From positions 3,278-67,277 of the forward strand of contig JBBSME010000001.1 of assembly GCA_038233335.1 (NCBI GenBank): a stretch of DNA of 64,000 nt. The letters are read 5' to 3'. Below, in pieces: positions 47,927 through 57,955 of this stretch. Within the stretch, counting starts at the first letter, position 1, and the number at the start of each line of letters is the position of its first letter. The DNA comes from Acidimicrobiales bacterium. Lineage in GTDB: Bacteria; Actinomycetota; Acidimicrobiia; Acidimicrobiales; Iamiaceae. The translations under genes were made by a program, and so were the position numbers. A model generated the notes under the pieces. The model ran no database searches. It saw only the letters and a list, made by a program, of their open reading frames with translations, and was not told where the DNA came from.

Positions 47927-48292
47927 GTGGGCTCCACCGGGCGGACGTGGGGTCAGGGGTTCCGGGTTCGCCGCTTCATGGTGGCCGATCGGTCGATGGA
48001 GCCCGCCCTCGTCGACGGCCAGGGCCTGGTCGCGGTGGCCTGGGGTCGGGCTCGTCCGGGTCAGCTGCGGATCTTCGTGCACCCGTGGCACCCGGGGCGC
48101 TGGCTGGTGAAGCGGGTCACCGATGTCCGGGGCGACGGCACCATGCTCGTGGGCTCCGACAACGCCGGCGCGACCAGGGCCGATTCCCGGGAGTTCGGCG
48201 CCGTCCCGGTGGCGGGCTCCTACCGGGTCGTGCTGCGGGTCCCGGCCCGCATCACCGGCGCCGGGCCGCCGGGGGGTGCCTCCGGCCCCTGA
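47927..48292 (+). CDS. sodX: NiSOD maturation protease (S26-like)
   Basis: SMEPAL, LVKRV and SDN...DSREFG motifs; divergent from sodN; start uncertain. Confidence 0.8.
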   Translation: MGSTGRTWGQGFRVRRFMVADRSMEPALVDGQGLVAVAWGRARPGQLRIFVHPWHPGRWLVKRVTDVRGDGTMLVGSDNAGATRADSREFGAVPVAGSYRVVLRVPARITGAGPPGGASGP

Positions 48293-48318
48293 TCAGGGTC
48301 GGTGGGCGGCGGCGGGCG

Positions 48319-49740
48319 TCAGTCTCGGCCGGGGCGCCGGTCGGTCTCGTCACCTTCGGTCCGGCCCGCGGGAAGGGTGCGAGCCAGCTCCTCGGGGGTC
48401 GGGTCGTGGGCGCGCCGGGCCGCGGCCGGGAGCAGCTCGGAGATGGCCGCCATGATGCGACGGGTGTCGGCGTCGAGGCTGCGGTACTTGAGGTCCACCG
48501 GCGTCCCGACCCGGACCCGCACCGTCGGTGGATCGCCCACGGCAAGGACGTCGGGGAAGCGGGCGTTGCGGGGCCACACCCGCTCGGTGCCCCAGAGCCC
48601 GATGGGGATGACGGGTACCCGGGCCATGGTGGCCAGCTTGGCCGCGCCCCAGCGGCCCTTCAGCTCGGGCTCGAAGAACGCCCGCCCTCGGGGGATCGTG
48701 CCCTGGGGCATGATCGACACCAGCTCACCGGCCTCGAGGGCCTCGGCTGCGGCGCTGAGGGGCTCATCGGAGCCCGTGCCGCGATCGACGCGGATGCCGC
48801 CCATGGCCGCGGCCATCGAGCCCACGACCGGCGCGTCGAACACCTCCTTCTTGCCCAGGAAGCGCAGGGGCCGTCCCACCTCGGCGATGGTGAAGCCGAT
48901 GGTCATGGGGTCGAAGTAGCTGCGGTGGTTGGCGACCAGGATGGCCGGCCCGTCGGTCGGGATCCGGTCGGTCCCGGCGATGTCGAAGCGCACCCAGGGG
49001 AAGAGCTGGGGCAGCGCCAAGGCCTGGAGGACGCGCTGGGGCTCGATGCCGGCCACCTTGGGCACCCCTGGGGGCACGTCGAAGTGCTGGCTGGGCCACC
49101 GTCGCACCGCGGCCACCACCCGCAGCCGGGGATCGGGGTTCACCGCCACCGGGTGGGCGACCGCCGAGAGGAGCGGGACGTCGTAGACGCTGTCGGAGTA
49201 GGCCCAGCTGGCGGAGACGTCGACATCGTTGTCGGCCGCCCAGTCCCGGCACGCAGCCAGCTTCCCCGGACCCCACACGAAGTGGCCGTCGACGGTGCCG
49301 TCGTAGGCCCCGTCCCGCTCGCCGTACCGGGTGGCGATCACATCGTCGAACCCGAGGGCGTCGGCCAGCGGGCAGACCAGGTCGAAAGGCGAGGTCGTGG
49401 CCATGACCACGGGGCGGCCCTCGGCCCGGTGCTGGTCGATGAGCAGTCGTGCGAAGGGGAGCACGTCGTCGGCCAGGCGCTCGGCGACGATCTCGCCCGC
49501 CTCCTTGACCACCGAGCGATCCCAGCCCGAGGCCACCCGGGCCATCTGTCGGGTGAGCAGCATCGACGGCAGGGTCTCGCCGATGGTGTCGAACAGCTTG
49601 TAGACGAGGCTCTCGCCGGGGATGGAGCGGTCAGGGACCACCCCCGCGGCCCGCAGGGCCTCGGTGATCACCGGGCCGCTGGCGCCCCGGAGGAGGGTGC
49701 GGTCGAGGTCGAAGAACGCTGCCGGTCGGGAAGGGGCCAC
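48319..49740 (-). CDS. HAD-IB hydrolase/lysophospholipid acyltransferase fusion
   Basis: FFDLDRTL and YSDSVYD; then NHRSYFD and MPQGT. Confidence 0.92.
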   Translation of the reverse strand: MAPSRPAAFFDLDRTLLRGASGPVITEALRAAGVVPDRSIPGESLVYKLFDTIGETLPSMLLTRQMARVASGWDRSVVKEAGEIVAERLADDVLPFARLLIDQHRAEGRPVVMATTSPFDLVCPLADALGFDDVIATRYGERDGAYDGTVDGHFVWGPGKLAACRDWAADNDVDVSASWAYSDSVYDVPLLSAVAHPVAVNPDPRLRVVAAVRRWPSQHFDVPPGVPKVAGIEPQRVLQALALPQLFPWVRFDIAGTDRIPTDGPAILVANHRSYFDPMTIGFTIAEVGRPLRFLGKKEVFDAPVVGSMAAAMGGIRVDRGTGSDEPLSAAAEALEAGELVSIMPQGTIPRGRAFFEPELKGRWGAAKLATMARVPVIPIGLWGTERVWPRNARFPDVLAVGDPPTVRVRVGTPVDLKYRSLDADTRRIMAAISELLPAAARRAHDPTPEELARTLPAGRTEGDETDRRPGRD

Positions 49741-49810
49741 CTGCCGAGCGTAGTGACGGGCGGGGCGGTCCGGGCGGGCCGGGGCCTCCAGCTCCTGGCA
49801 GACTGCCGGG

Positions 49811-50740
49811 GTGGACCTGCGGCAGCTCGCCTCGCTGGCGGCGGTGGCCGATCACCGGTCGTTCTCGGCCGCGGCCCGGGCCCTCCACACCGTCCAGTCC
49901 AACGTGTCGAGCCACGTGGCCAACCTCGAGCGCGAGCTGGAGGTCGTCCTGGTCGATCGGGCCACCGGCAGCCTGACCGAGGAGGGACGCCTGGTGGTCG
50001 AGCGGGCCCGGCGGGTGCAGGTCGAGCTGGATGCGGTGGTGGCCGACCTGGCCGCCCACTCCGGGCGCATCAGCGGCACCGTGCGGTTGGGGATGATCGG
50101 CACCGTCGGCGCCTGGGTGCTGCCTCTGCTCATCCCGGCCATGGCCGAGGGGTACCCCGGCATCCACCTGGTGGTCGTGGACGCAACGACCACCTCTCTC
50201 ACCCCCCAGGTGGTCGCGGGCACCCTCGACGCCGCGGTGGTGAACCTGCCGGTCACCGCACCCGACCTGGTGTCACGGCCCCTCTTCGAGGAGGACCGCG
50301 TGGTCCTGGCCCCACCCGGCCACCCCCTGGCGGTCGGTGATCGCAAGCGGATCCGCCTGGCCGACCTGGCCAACCACCCTCTGCTGCTCGAACCGCCTGG
50401 GACCGCCTTCCGCGACGATCTCGACGCGGCCGCCTCCCGCGTGGGGATCGAGCTCGTCCCGCTGGCCGAGGTCGATGGTATGCGGGCCCTGGCGGCGCTG
50501 GCCCAGGAGGGCTTCGGTGCCGCCGTGCTGCCCTCCACCGCGGCCCCGATGGCGCCGGCCAAGGGGTGGCGCCGCATCGAGATCACCGGCCTGGGCCCCC
50601 GCACGGTGGGCCTGGTCACCAGCCGGCGGACCCGCCCCAGCGCCCCGGCCCGGGCCGTCACCGAAGGCGTCCGAGCCCTGCTGGCCAGCGAGGGGCCGGG
50701 TCGACCGGGGCTGCGGGTGCTGGACCAGGGTGACGACTGA
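49811..50740 (+). CDS. LysR family regulator
   Basis: SFSAAARALHTVQSNVS helix-turn-helix. Confidence 0.95.
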   Translation: MDLRQLASLAAVADHRSFSAAARALHTVQSNVSSHVANLERELEVVLVDRATGSLTEEGRLVVERARRVQVELDAVVADLAAHSGRISGTVRLGMIGTVGAWVLPLLIPAMAEGYPGIHLVVVDATTTSLTPQVVAGTLDAAVVNLPVTAPDLVSRPLFEEDRVVLAPPGHPLAVGDRKRIRLADLANHPLLLEPPGTAFRDDLDAAASRVGIELVPLAEVDGMRALAALAQEGFGAAVLPSTAAPMAPAKGWRRIEITGLGPRTVGLVTSRRTRPSAPARAVTEGVRALLASEGPGRPGLRVLDQGDD

Positions 50741-50834
50741 CAGGACCTCGGCGAACCGCCGGCTGGCGTGGGGCCACGGACGACTGGTCCGCCCTCTAGA
50801 TTGGTCCGGCACAACAGGAGAGCTGAGGACCAGA

Positions 50835-52099
<1,265 letters not shown>

Positions 52100-52103
<4 letters not shown>

Positions 52104-53125
52104 CCGCTCCCTACGGCACTCCCTGGGCGGCGCCCACCGGCTGGCAACGCCCTACCCCCGTCCCGCTGGCCGCGCCGCTGGGCCGTCGCACCTGGGCTCG
52201 GGCCATCGACCTGGCCCTGAGCCTCCTGATCCTCTGGGTCGTCACCCGCTTCGTGCCCGGCGGCCGGCTCCTCGCCCGGCTGGCACTGGGCTTCGCAGCG
52301 CTCAGTGCCTACGAGGCGCTGTTCGTCCTCCAGCTCCGGGCCACGCCGGGCAAGCTGGCCACCGGGCTGCGGGTGGCCGAGGTCGGTCGCGTGCAGATGG
52401 AGACGGTGACGGCGTGGACCCGCGGCGCGGTGACGACCGTCGGGACCCTCGCCATCGTGGTCAGCCCGCTGGCCCTGGGGATCATGGTCGACTCGGCGTC
52501 CGGCCTCCTGCTGGGAGGCATCGTCCTCTCCGTCGCCGGCGGCTACGCCCTCTCGGTGGCCACCGCGCCGCTGCGCCGCGGCCCGGCGGACCGCATCGCC
52601 GGGACCATCGTCGTCCCGTTCGAGGCTCCGGATCTGATCACCGCCGAGTCGGTCGACGCCGAGGGCGAGGTCGAGAGGCCGCGGCCCCGCACGACCTGGG
52701 GCCCGGTGGCCACCAACCTGGCCCGGAGGCGGGCCCGCTCGGCCCGCCTGGACGACTCGCCCGTCCTCGTCGTGCTCCTGGTCGCCGCCCTCATGGCCTG
52801 GACGGTCGACGTCGTGCCCCTGGCCATCGCCCTGGCCGTCGTGTGGATCGTCGCCGTCGCCGTCGACGAGACCTGGCGCATCGCTCGCGACGGCGCCACC
52901 GTGGGCCACCGCCGCGAGGGGCTGGCGGTGGTCGACGAGTCCACCGGCGAGGCCCCGGCCCTGGGCCGCTCCGCAGCCCGAGCCGTCGTGCTGTGCGTGT
53001 TCTGGCTCTTCCCCCCACTGCTCCCGGTGCTCTGGGCCTGGATGCAGCTGTCCCGCTCCGGGCGGGGACCCCACGACCTGGTGGCCGGCACGGTGGTCAT
53101 CGCCACGAACGAACAGGACCGCTGA
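52100..53125 (+). CDS. RDD family membrane protein with two RDD domains; probable CTG start
   Basis: RR..A..ID, ATPGK..GLRV and DRIAGT; second domain RR..A..DD...HDLVAGT. Confidence 0.8.
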
Positions 53126-53970
53126 TGGCCGTCCCCCTGCGCGACGACAGCCCGCGCCGCCAGGTGCCCTGGATCGTGCTGGCCCTCATCGGGCTGAACG
53201 TGGCCGTGTTCCTGATCCTCCAGCCGGCCAGCCTCCAGCAGGGTCGGGCCGACACCAACGACCTCAGCGTCGAGCAGGACCGGGAGCTGGCCGAGCACTT
53301 CTCGGAGTGGGGGGCGGTGCCGTGCGAGATCAGGGCCCTCGAGTCCCGCAGCGACGGCGCCCGCTGCACCAGCGACGCCGATCGCCCCATCATCGACGGC
53401 AAGTCCGTCCCCGCCAGCCTGCTCACCACCATGTTCCTGCACGGCAGCCTGGCCCACCTGGCCGTCAACATGCTCTTCCTGTGGGTGTTCGGCGGTGCCG
53501 TCGAGGACCGCTTCGGGCCGGGCCCGTTCCTGGGGCTGTACGTGCTGGGCGGGCTGACCGGCACCCTCACCTACGTGGTCCTCGAGGGTGGGTCCGCCGC
53601 GCCCCTCGTCGGTGCATCCGGGGCCATCGCCGCGGCCATGGGAGCGTTCCTCCTGATCGGCCCTCGGCGCCGCATCCTCTCGTTCATCGCGCCCCTGCCG
53701 CTGGTGGTGCTGGCCCTCCCGGCCTGGGCCCTGCTGGGCCCCTTCCTCATCAGCCAGCTGGTCACCCCCACCGACACCGCAGTGGCCTGGCAGGCCCACG
53801 TGGGCGGCATGGTGGCCGGCTTCCTGATCGCAGTGGTGCTGCGGCTCTTCATCCCACCGCCGGGCCAGCCCTCCCGCCGCCAGCGCCGCCGTCAGCCCCC
53901 GGACGCGATCGACCCCTCGGCCTGGATCCTCCCCGTCACCCCACCCGTCGAGGAACCCTCCGACGCCTGA
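53125..53970 (+). CDS. Rhomboid intramembrane serine protease
   Basis: MFLH...HL..NM, GASG and AHVGG motifs. Confidence 0.93.
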   Translation: MAVPLRDDSPRRQVPWIVLALIGLNVAVFLILQPASLQQGRADTNDLSVEQDRELAEHFSEWGAVPCEIRALESRSDGARCTSDADRPIIDGKSVPASLLTTMFLHGSLAHLAVNMLFLWVFGGAVEDRFGPGPFLGLYVLGGLTGTLTYVVLEGGSAAPLVGASGAIAAAMGAFLLIGPRRRILSFIAPLPLVVLALPAWALLGPFLISQLVTPTDTAVAWQAHVGGMVAGFLIAVVLRLFIPPPGQPSRRQRRRQPPDAIDPSAWILPVTPPVEEPSDA

Positions 53971-54024
53971 CCGGCGCACGAGGCGATCAAGCTCCCGGCG
54001 CCACCGTCGGAGCCTGGCCCTCCC

Positions 54025-54077
54025 CCACCGTTCTTGGTACAGGAGTGCCAGGCTTCCTCGGTCGTGGGTACCAAGAA
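54025..54077 (+). repeat. 53-bp palindromic direct repeat, copy 1
   Basis: 50/53 identical to 55732-55784; arms TTCTTGGTAC/GTACCAAGAA. Confidence 0.88.
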
Positions 54078-54210
54078 GGCCGAGCCGTCAGCTTGAGGAG
54101 CAGACGGCAACTCCGATCACGCGCCGCGAGTCGATGTGGTGCGGATCGGCCTGCCCGTGCTCTACCCCCCGTGTACGACCGACGCCGAGACCGATCAAGG
54201 GAAGGTGGCC

Positions 54211-54798
54211 ATGGGTGGGACCCGGTCGCACGACCCCGGTCCACATGGTGATCCTCTCCGCATCGAGAACTGTGACGCAGCCGTGACCCTCCCCGAGCCC
54301 GCCGTCGGCAAGGTCGCCCCCGCTGACGAGTGCCATGCGGAGAATGGCTACGAGGCCTTCCACGCCCGCATCGAACGGCGACTCGCCATCGCCCTGGCCA
54401 CCCGATATGGACCCCAGGTGGGTCGGGAGGCTGCGGTCGACGCCCTGGCGTGGGGGTGGGAGCACTGGGAGCGGCTGCGGGCCATGGACAACCCGGCGGG
54501 CTACCTCTACCGGGTGGGGCAGACCCAGGCGCGCCGGCTGCGCCCGCTGCGTTCCACCCGGCCGCATCGTGAGGACGACGCGGCCACCACCACCGAGGTG
54601 AGGGTCGAGCCCGGGCTGGACGCGGCGCTGGACACCCTCTCGACCCGTCAGCGCCAGGTCGTGGTGCTCGCCCACGGCTACGGCTGCACCCACCGGGAGA
54701 TCGCCGAGCTGCTCGGCCTGTCCCGCACCACGGTCCAGAACCACGCCGAGCGCGGTCTGGCCAAGCTCCGCCGCCGACTGGAGACCCCACATGGCTGA
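54211..54798 (+). CDS. ECF sigma factor
   Basis: EAAVDAL...W...NPAGYLYRV region 2; EIAELLG...TV..H..RG region 4; start uncertain. Confidence 0.85.
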   Translation: MGGTRSHDPGPHGDPLRIENCDAAVTLPEPAVGKVAPADECHAENGYEAFHARIERRLAIALATRYGPQVGREAAVDALAWGWEHWERLRAMDNPAGYLYRVGQTQARRLRPLRSTRPHREDDAATTTEVRVEPGLDAALDTLSTRQRQVVVLAHGYGCTHREIAELLGLSRTTVQNHAERGLAKLRRRLETPHG

Positions 54799-55705
54799 CG
54801 AACCACTGAGCAACGCCCTACGTCGCCTCCACGACGACCAGGCTCCTGTGATCACCCGAGCCGAGGTCGAGGCCCGCACCTCACCGTCGGCGCCCGGGCA
54901 CCGTCGTCGGAGCCTGCTGGTAGCGGCGGCGGCCATCGTCATCCTGACGGCCGGCGCCCTTGCCGTCCGGGCCGCGAGCAAGGGGCCGACCGACGACGTC
55001 GAGGCCGGCCCCGGCGGCGCCGAGGCCTGGTGCGCGGCGCTGGCCGCGCCGGCCGACGACGGCGTGATTGTGGGGGTCTTCCTGGTGCCCGAAGCTGATC
55101 CCACGGTCGTCGACGCGGTCGGAGCCATGCTGCGATCGGCGCCCGAAGTTCAGACCGTGCGCTACTACGACCAAGATGCGGCCTTTGCCGACGCACAGGT
55201 CCTCTTCGCCGATCAGCCAACGGTGCTCCGGCTGCTCCGTCGCGAGGACGTCCCCACGTCGTTCCGGGTCAGCCTGGTCGACGACGCCGACGGCGAGACC
55301 CTTCGCGAGCAGCTGGAGGGACGGCCCGGCGTCCAGCAGGTCGAGATCGTCACGACCGCTCCACCCGCCGGCGCGACCCGTCCCTCCCCACCAGACGACA
55401 CCGGGCCCGTGCCCCCAGACCGGGTGGTGGATCGACTCGGGTGGCTGGCGAGGGGCAGCCCAGTCGAGCTCAGCGACGACGCTCGGAGAGACCTCCTCGT
55501 CACAGCACCCCATGGGGTCTCAGACGCCATCGAAGCCATCGATCCGCTGCTCGACCGGAGCCTCGCGGCCGAGGCACCGAACGATGCAGGGCGAGGAGCG
55601 GCGACGGCCGTGCTGGACGCAGCCGAGGATCGGTGCGACCTTGTGCCTCGACAGGCCGGGATCAGCCCATCGACGGCCACCACCGCGACCACCTCGCCAC
55701 CATGA
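54791..55705 (+). CDS. Single-TM protein with FtsX-like extracellular domain (putative anti-sigma)
   Basis: Overlaps the ECF gene; TM then VFL...V..VRY.D...A....LF.D.P....P.SFRV...PGV..V. Confidence 0.75.
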   Translation: MADEPLSNALRRLHDDQAPVITRAEVEARTSPSAPGHRRRSLLVAAAAIVILTAGALAVRAASKGPTDDVEAGPGGAEAWCAALAAPADDGVIVGVFLVPEADPTVVDAVGAMLRSAPEVQTVRYYDQDAAFADAQVLFADQPTVLRLLRREDVPTSFRVSLVDDADGETLREQLEGRPGVQQVEIVTTAPPAGATRPSPPDDTGPVPPDRVVDRLGWLARGSPVELSDDARRDLLVTAPHGVSDAIEAIDPLLDRSLAAEAPNDAGRGAATAVLDAAEDRCDLVPRQAGISPSTATTATTSPP

Positions 55706-55731
55706 CCCTCGGCGCGGCTGGTCCACCCCGA

Positions 55732-55784
55732 CCACCGTTCTCGGCATAGGAGTGCCAGGCTTCCTCGGTCGTGGGTACCAAGAA
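55732..55784 (+). repeat. 53-bp palindromic direct repeat, copy 2
   Basis: Matches 54025-54077. Confidence 0.88.
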
Positions 55785-55849
55785 CGGGCAGCGGCGTCAC
55801 CTCGTGGGACCCATCGGCGGGCGACGATCCGCAGGGGTGGACGCGGGGG

Positions 55850-56836
55850 TCAGCCGGCGACGTCGATGAGGATCTTGCCTACGTTGGCGTTCTCCTCCAT
55901 GTGCCGGTGGGCATCGGCGATGTGGTCGAGGTCGTAGCGGCTGTCGATGACGGGGTGCACCGCGCCGGACGAGAAGAACGGCAGCACCTCCCGGGCGAAG
56001 CGCTGGGTGACAGCGATCTTCTCCTCGAGCGGCCGGGCGCGGAGGACGGTGCCGATCAGGTGGGCCCGCTTGGGCAACAGGGACCCCAGGTCGATCTGGG
56101 CCTTGCCCCCGCCCATGACCCCGACCTGGACGATGGTCCCGCCGGTGCGCAGCGCCTTGATGTTGCGGGCCAGGTAGTCGCCACCGACCACGTCCAGCAC
56201 CACGTCGACGCCCTCGCCGCCGGTCGCCTCCCACGCCGATTCCACGAAGTCGCCGGCGGTGTAGTCGACCACCACGTCGGCGCCGAAGCCCCGACAGGCC
56301 TCGACCTTGGTCGTCGACGCCGTGGTCACGACCCGCCCACCCAGCGCCTTGCCCAGCTGGATGGCCGCCGACCCGACCCCGGAGGCGCCGGCGTGGACCA
56401 GGGCGGTGGACCCGCTGGTGAAGCCGCCCTGGACCACCAGCGCGTCCCACGCCGTGATCCACACCTCAGGGATGGCGGCCGCGTCGGCCAGGCCGACCTC
56501 GGTGGGGACGGCCATGAGCTGACGCTCGTGGACGGCGATGCGCTCGGCGTAGCCGCCACCGCTGACGATGCCCATGACCTCGTCTCCGACCTGCCAGGCC
56601 ACAGCGCGGGGCCCCACCGCGGCAACGGTGCCGGCCACCTCCATCCCGGGGATCTCGTGATCCCGGGGCGGGCCGGGCTCGGGGTAGAAGCCCTTCCGCT
56701 GCAGGACGTCGGCCCGGTTGAGGGCGGTGGCCCGCACCGCCACCAGCACCTCCTCGGAGCCGGGCTCGGGGGTGGGGACGTCGGCGACCGTGAGGACGTC
56801 GGGGTCTCCGTGCTCGGTGAGGACGACAGCGCGCAT
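55850..56836 (-). CDS. NAD(P)H-quinone oxidoreductase (PIG3 family)
   Basis: NRAD..QR.G.Y, PEVWITAW, HAGASGVG and GKI motifs. Confidence 0.93.
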   Translation of the reverse strand: MRAVVLTEHGDPDVLTVADVPTPEPGSEEVLVAVRATALNRADVLQRKGFYPEPGPPRDHEIPGMEVAGTVAAVGPRAVAWQVGDEVMGIVSGGGYAERIAVHERQLMAVPTEVGLADAAAIPEVWITAWDALVVQGGFTSGSTALVHAGASGVGSAAIQLGKALGGRVVTTASTTKVEACRGFGADVVVDYTAGDFVESAWEATGGEGVDVVLDVVGGDYLARNIKALRTGGTIVQVGVMGGGKAQIDLGSLLPKRAHLIGTVLRARPLEEKIAVTQRFAREVLPFFSSGAVHPVIDSRYDLDHIADAHRHMEENANVGKILIDVAG

Positions 56837-57040
56837 GGCGCCGACTGTACGAGCACCGCCCGCCGATCCGCGCCGATGCGGCCCACCCCCTCCTGTCGGA
56901 TCGGTCGAGGAGTCGTCACCCGTCAGCTGGCCACGGTCAGGCTCCCGGCGCACAGCACAGCCAGGGCGCGCCAGACCGGCCACTGTCGGCCGCCCCGGCG
57001 GCCTCCCGTCGACCGGACCCGGCGAGCCCGTCGCCCGGGC

Positions 57041-57901
57041 TCAGCCCGGCCGGAGGTCACAGTCATCTCGGGCCGAGCGAACCAGGGCCGCGGCAGCCGA
57101 GCGGTCCTCGGCAGAGGGCGCCACCGCGGCCCGCTCCGGGTCGAGCACCGGGTCGAGCACCCGAACCGGGCGAGCGAGCTCCGAAGGACGCTCCTCGGCG
57201 AGCGTGACCAGAGCGGCCGACGAGGCTTCGGCCGGCCCGCCGGCCGCCACCACGTCGATGCGGTCGATCACCCGATCGGTGGGGGCCATGCGGGTGACCT
57301 CGCCGGACCCCCCGGCGCCGACATCGACATCGACCTCGACCTGCTGCACCTGCGGCCAGTCAGTCGCGGCAGCCTGCACGGCCGCGGCCGCGGCATCGTC
57401 GGCCACGAGGGCGCGGAAGGAGGTCGGCAGGCCGTCCGTGGGCAGTGCGTCCAGGACGTCCGGCTGGTCGGCGAAGAGCCACCTGGCCTCGGCCAAGGCG
57501 GCCTCGTCGTCGTAGTAGCGGGCCGTCGTCACCGTCGGGTCAGCCCGCAGCCTCGACGACACACGGGAGACGGCGGCCTCGTCGGCACCAGGATCCATGA
57601 ACACGATGACCTGCTGGCCGTCGAAGGCCCGGGCCGCCAGCGCATCGCACCAGCCCGACCCATCCGATCGGGTCAGGACGACCGTGGCCACGCCCCCCGC
57701 CATCACCGCGAGCACCAACGCAGCCACCAGTGCCGCCACCCAGGAGCCGCGCCGGGGCGACGACGGCAGCGCGGTCGGCGAGCCCGGCTCAGGCCAGGCG
57801 GTCGGCGGCACCGGGCCGGCACTCGCCGACCCGGGCCACTCGACCGGCGGGCCGACAGGTCGACCCGGACCCGGTCCTTGGGCCCGTCCTCCATCGGCCA
57901 T
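57041..57901 (-). CDS. Single-TM protein with FtsX-like extracellular domain (paralog of 54791-55705)
   Basis: Shared WC.AL, RYYD, LFADQP, PTSFR, P.DRV.DR and CDL motifs. Confidence 0.75.
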   Translation of the reverse strand: MADGGRAQGPGPGRPVGPPVEWPGSASAGPVPPTAWPEPGSPTALPSSPRRGSWVAALVAALVLAVMAGGVATVVLTRSDGSGWCDALAARAFDGQQVIVFMDPGADEAAVSRVSSRLRADPTVTTARYYDDEAALAEARWLFADQPDVLDALPTDGLPTSFRALVADDAAAAAVQAAATDWPQVQQVEVDVDVGAGGSGEVTRMAPTDRVIDRIDVVAAGGPAEASSAALVTLAEERPSELARPVRVLDPVLDPERAAVAPSAEDRSAAAALVRSARDDCDLRPG

Positions 57902-57955
57902 GGCGTCGTGTCTAGCGCCCCGGCCGAGCCCGTCGCCGACGGGGTCCCGGCGCGG

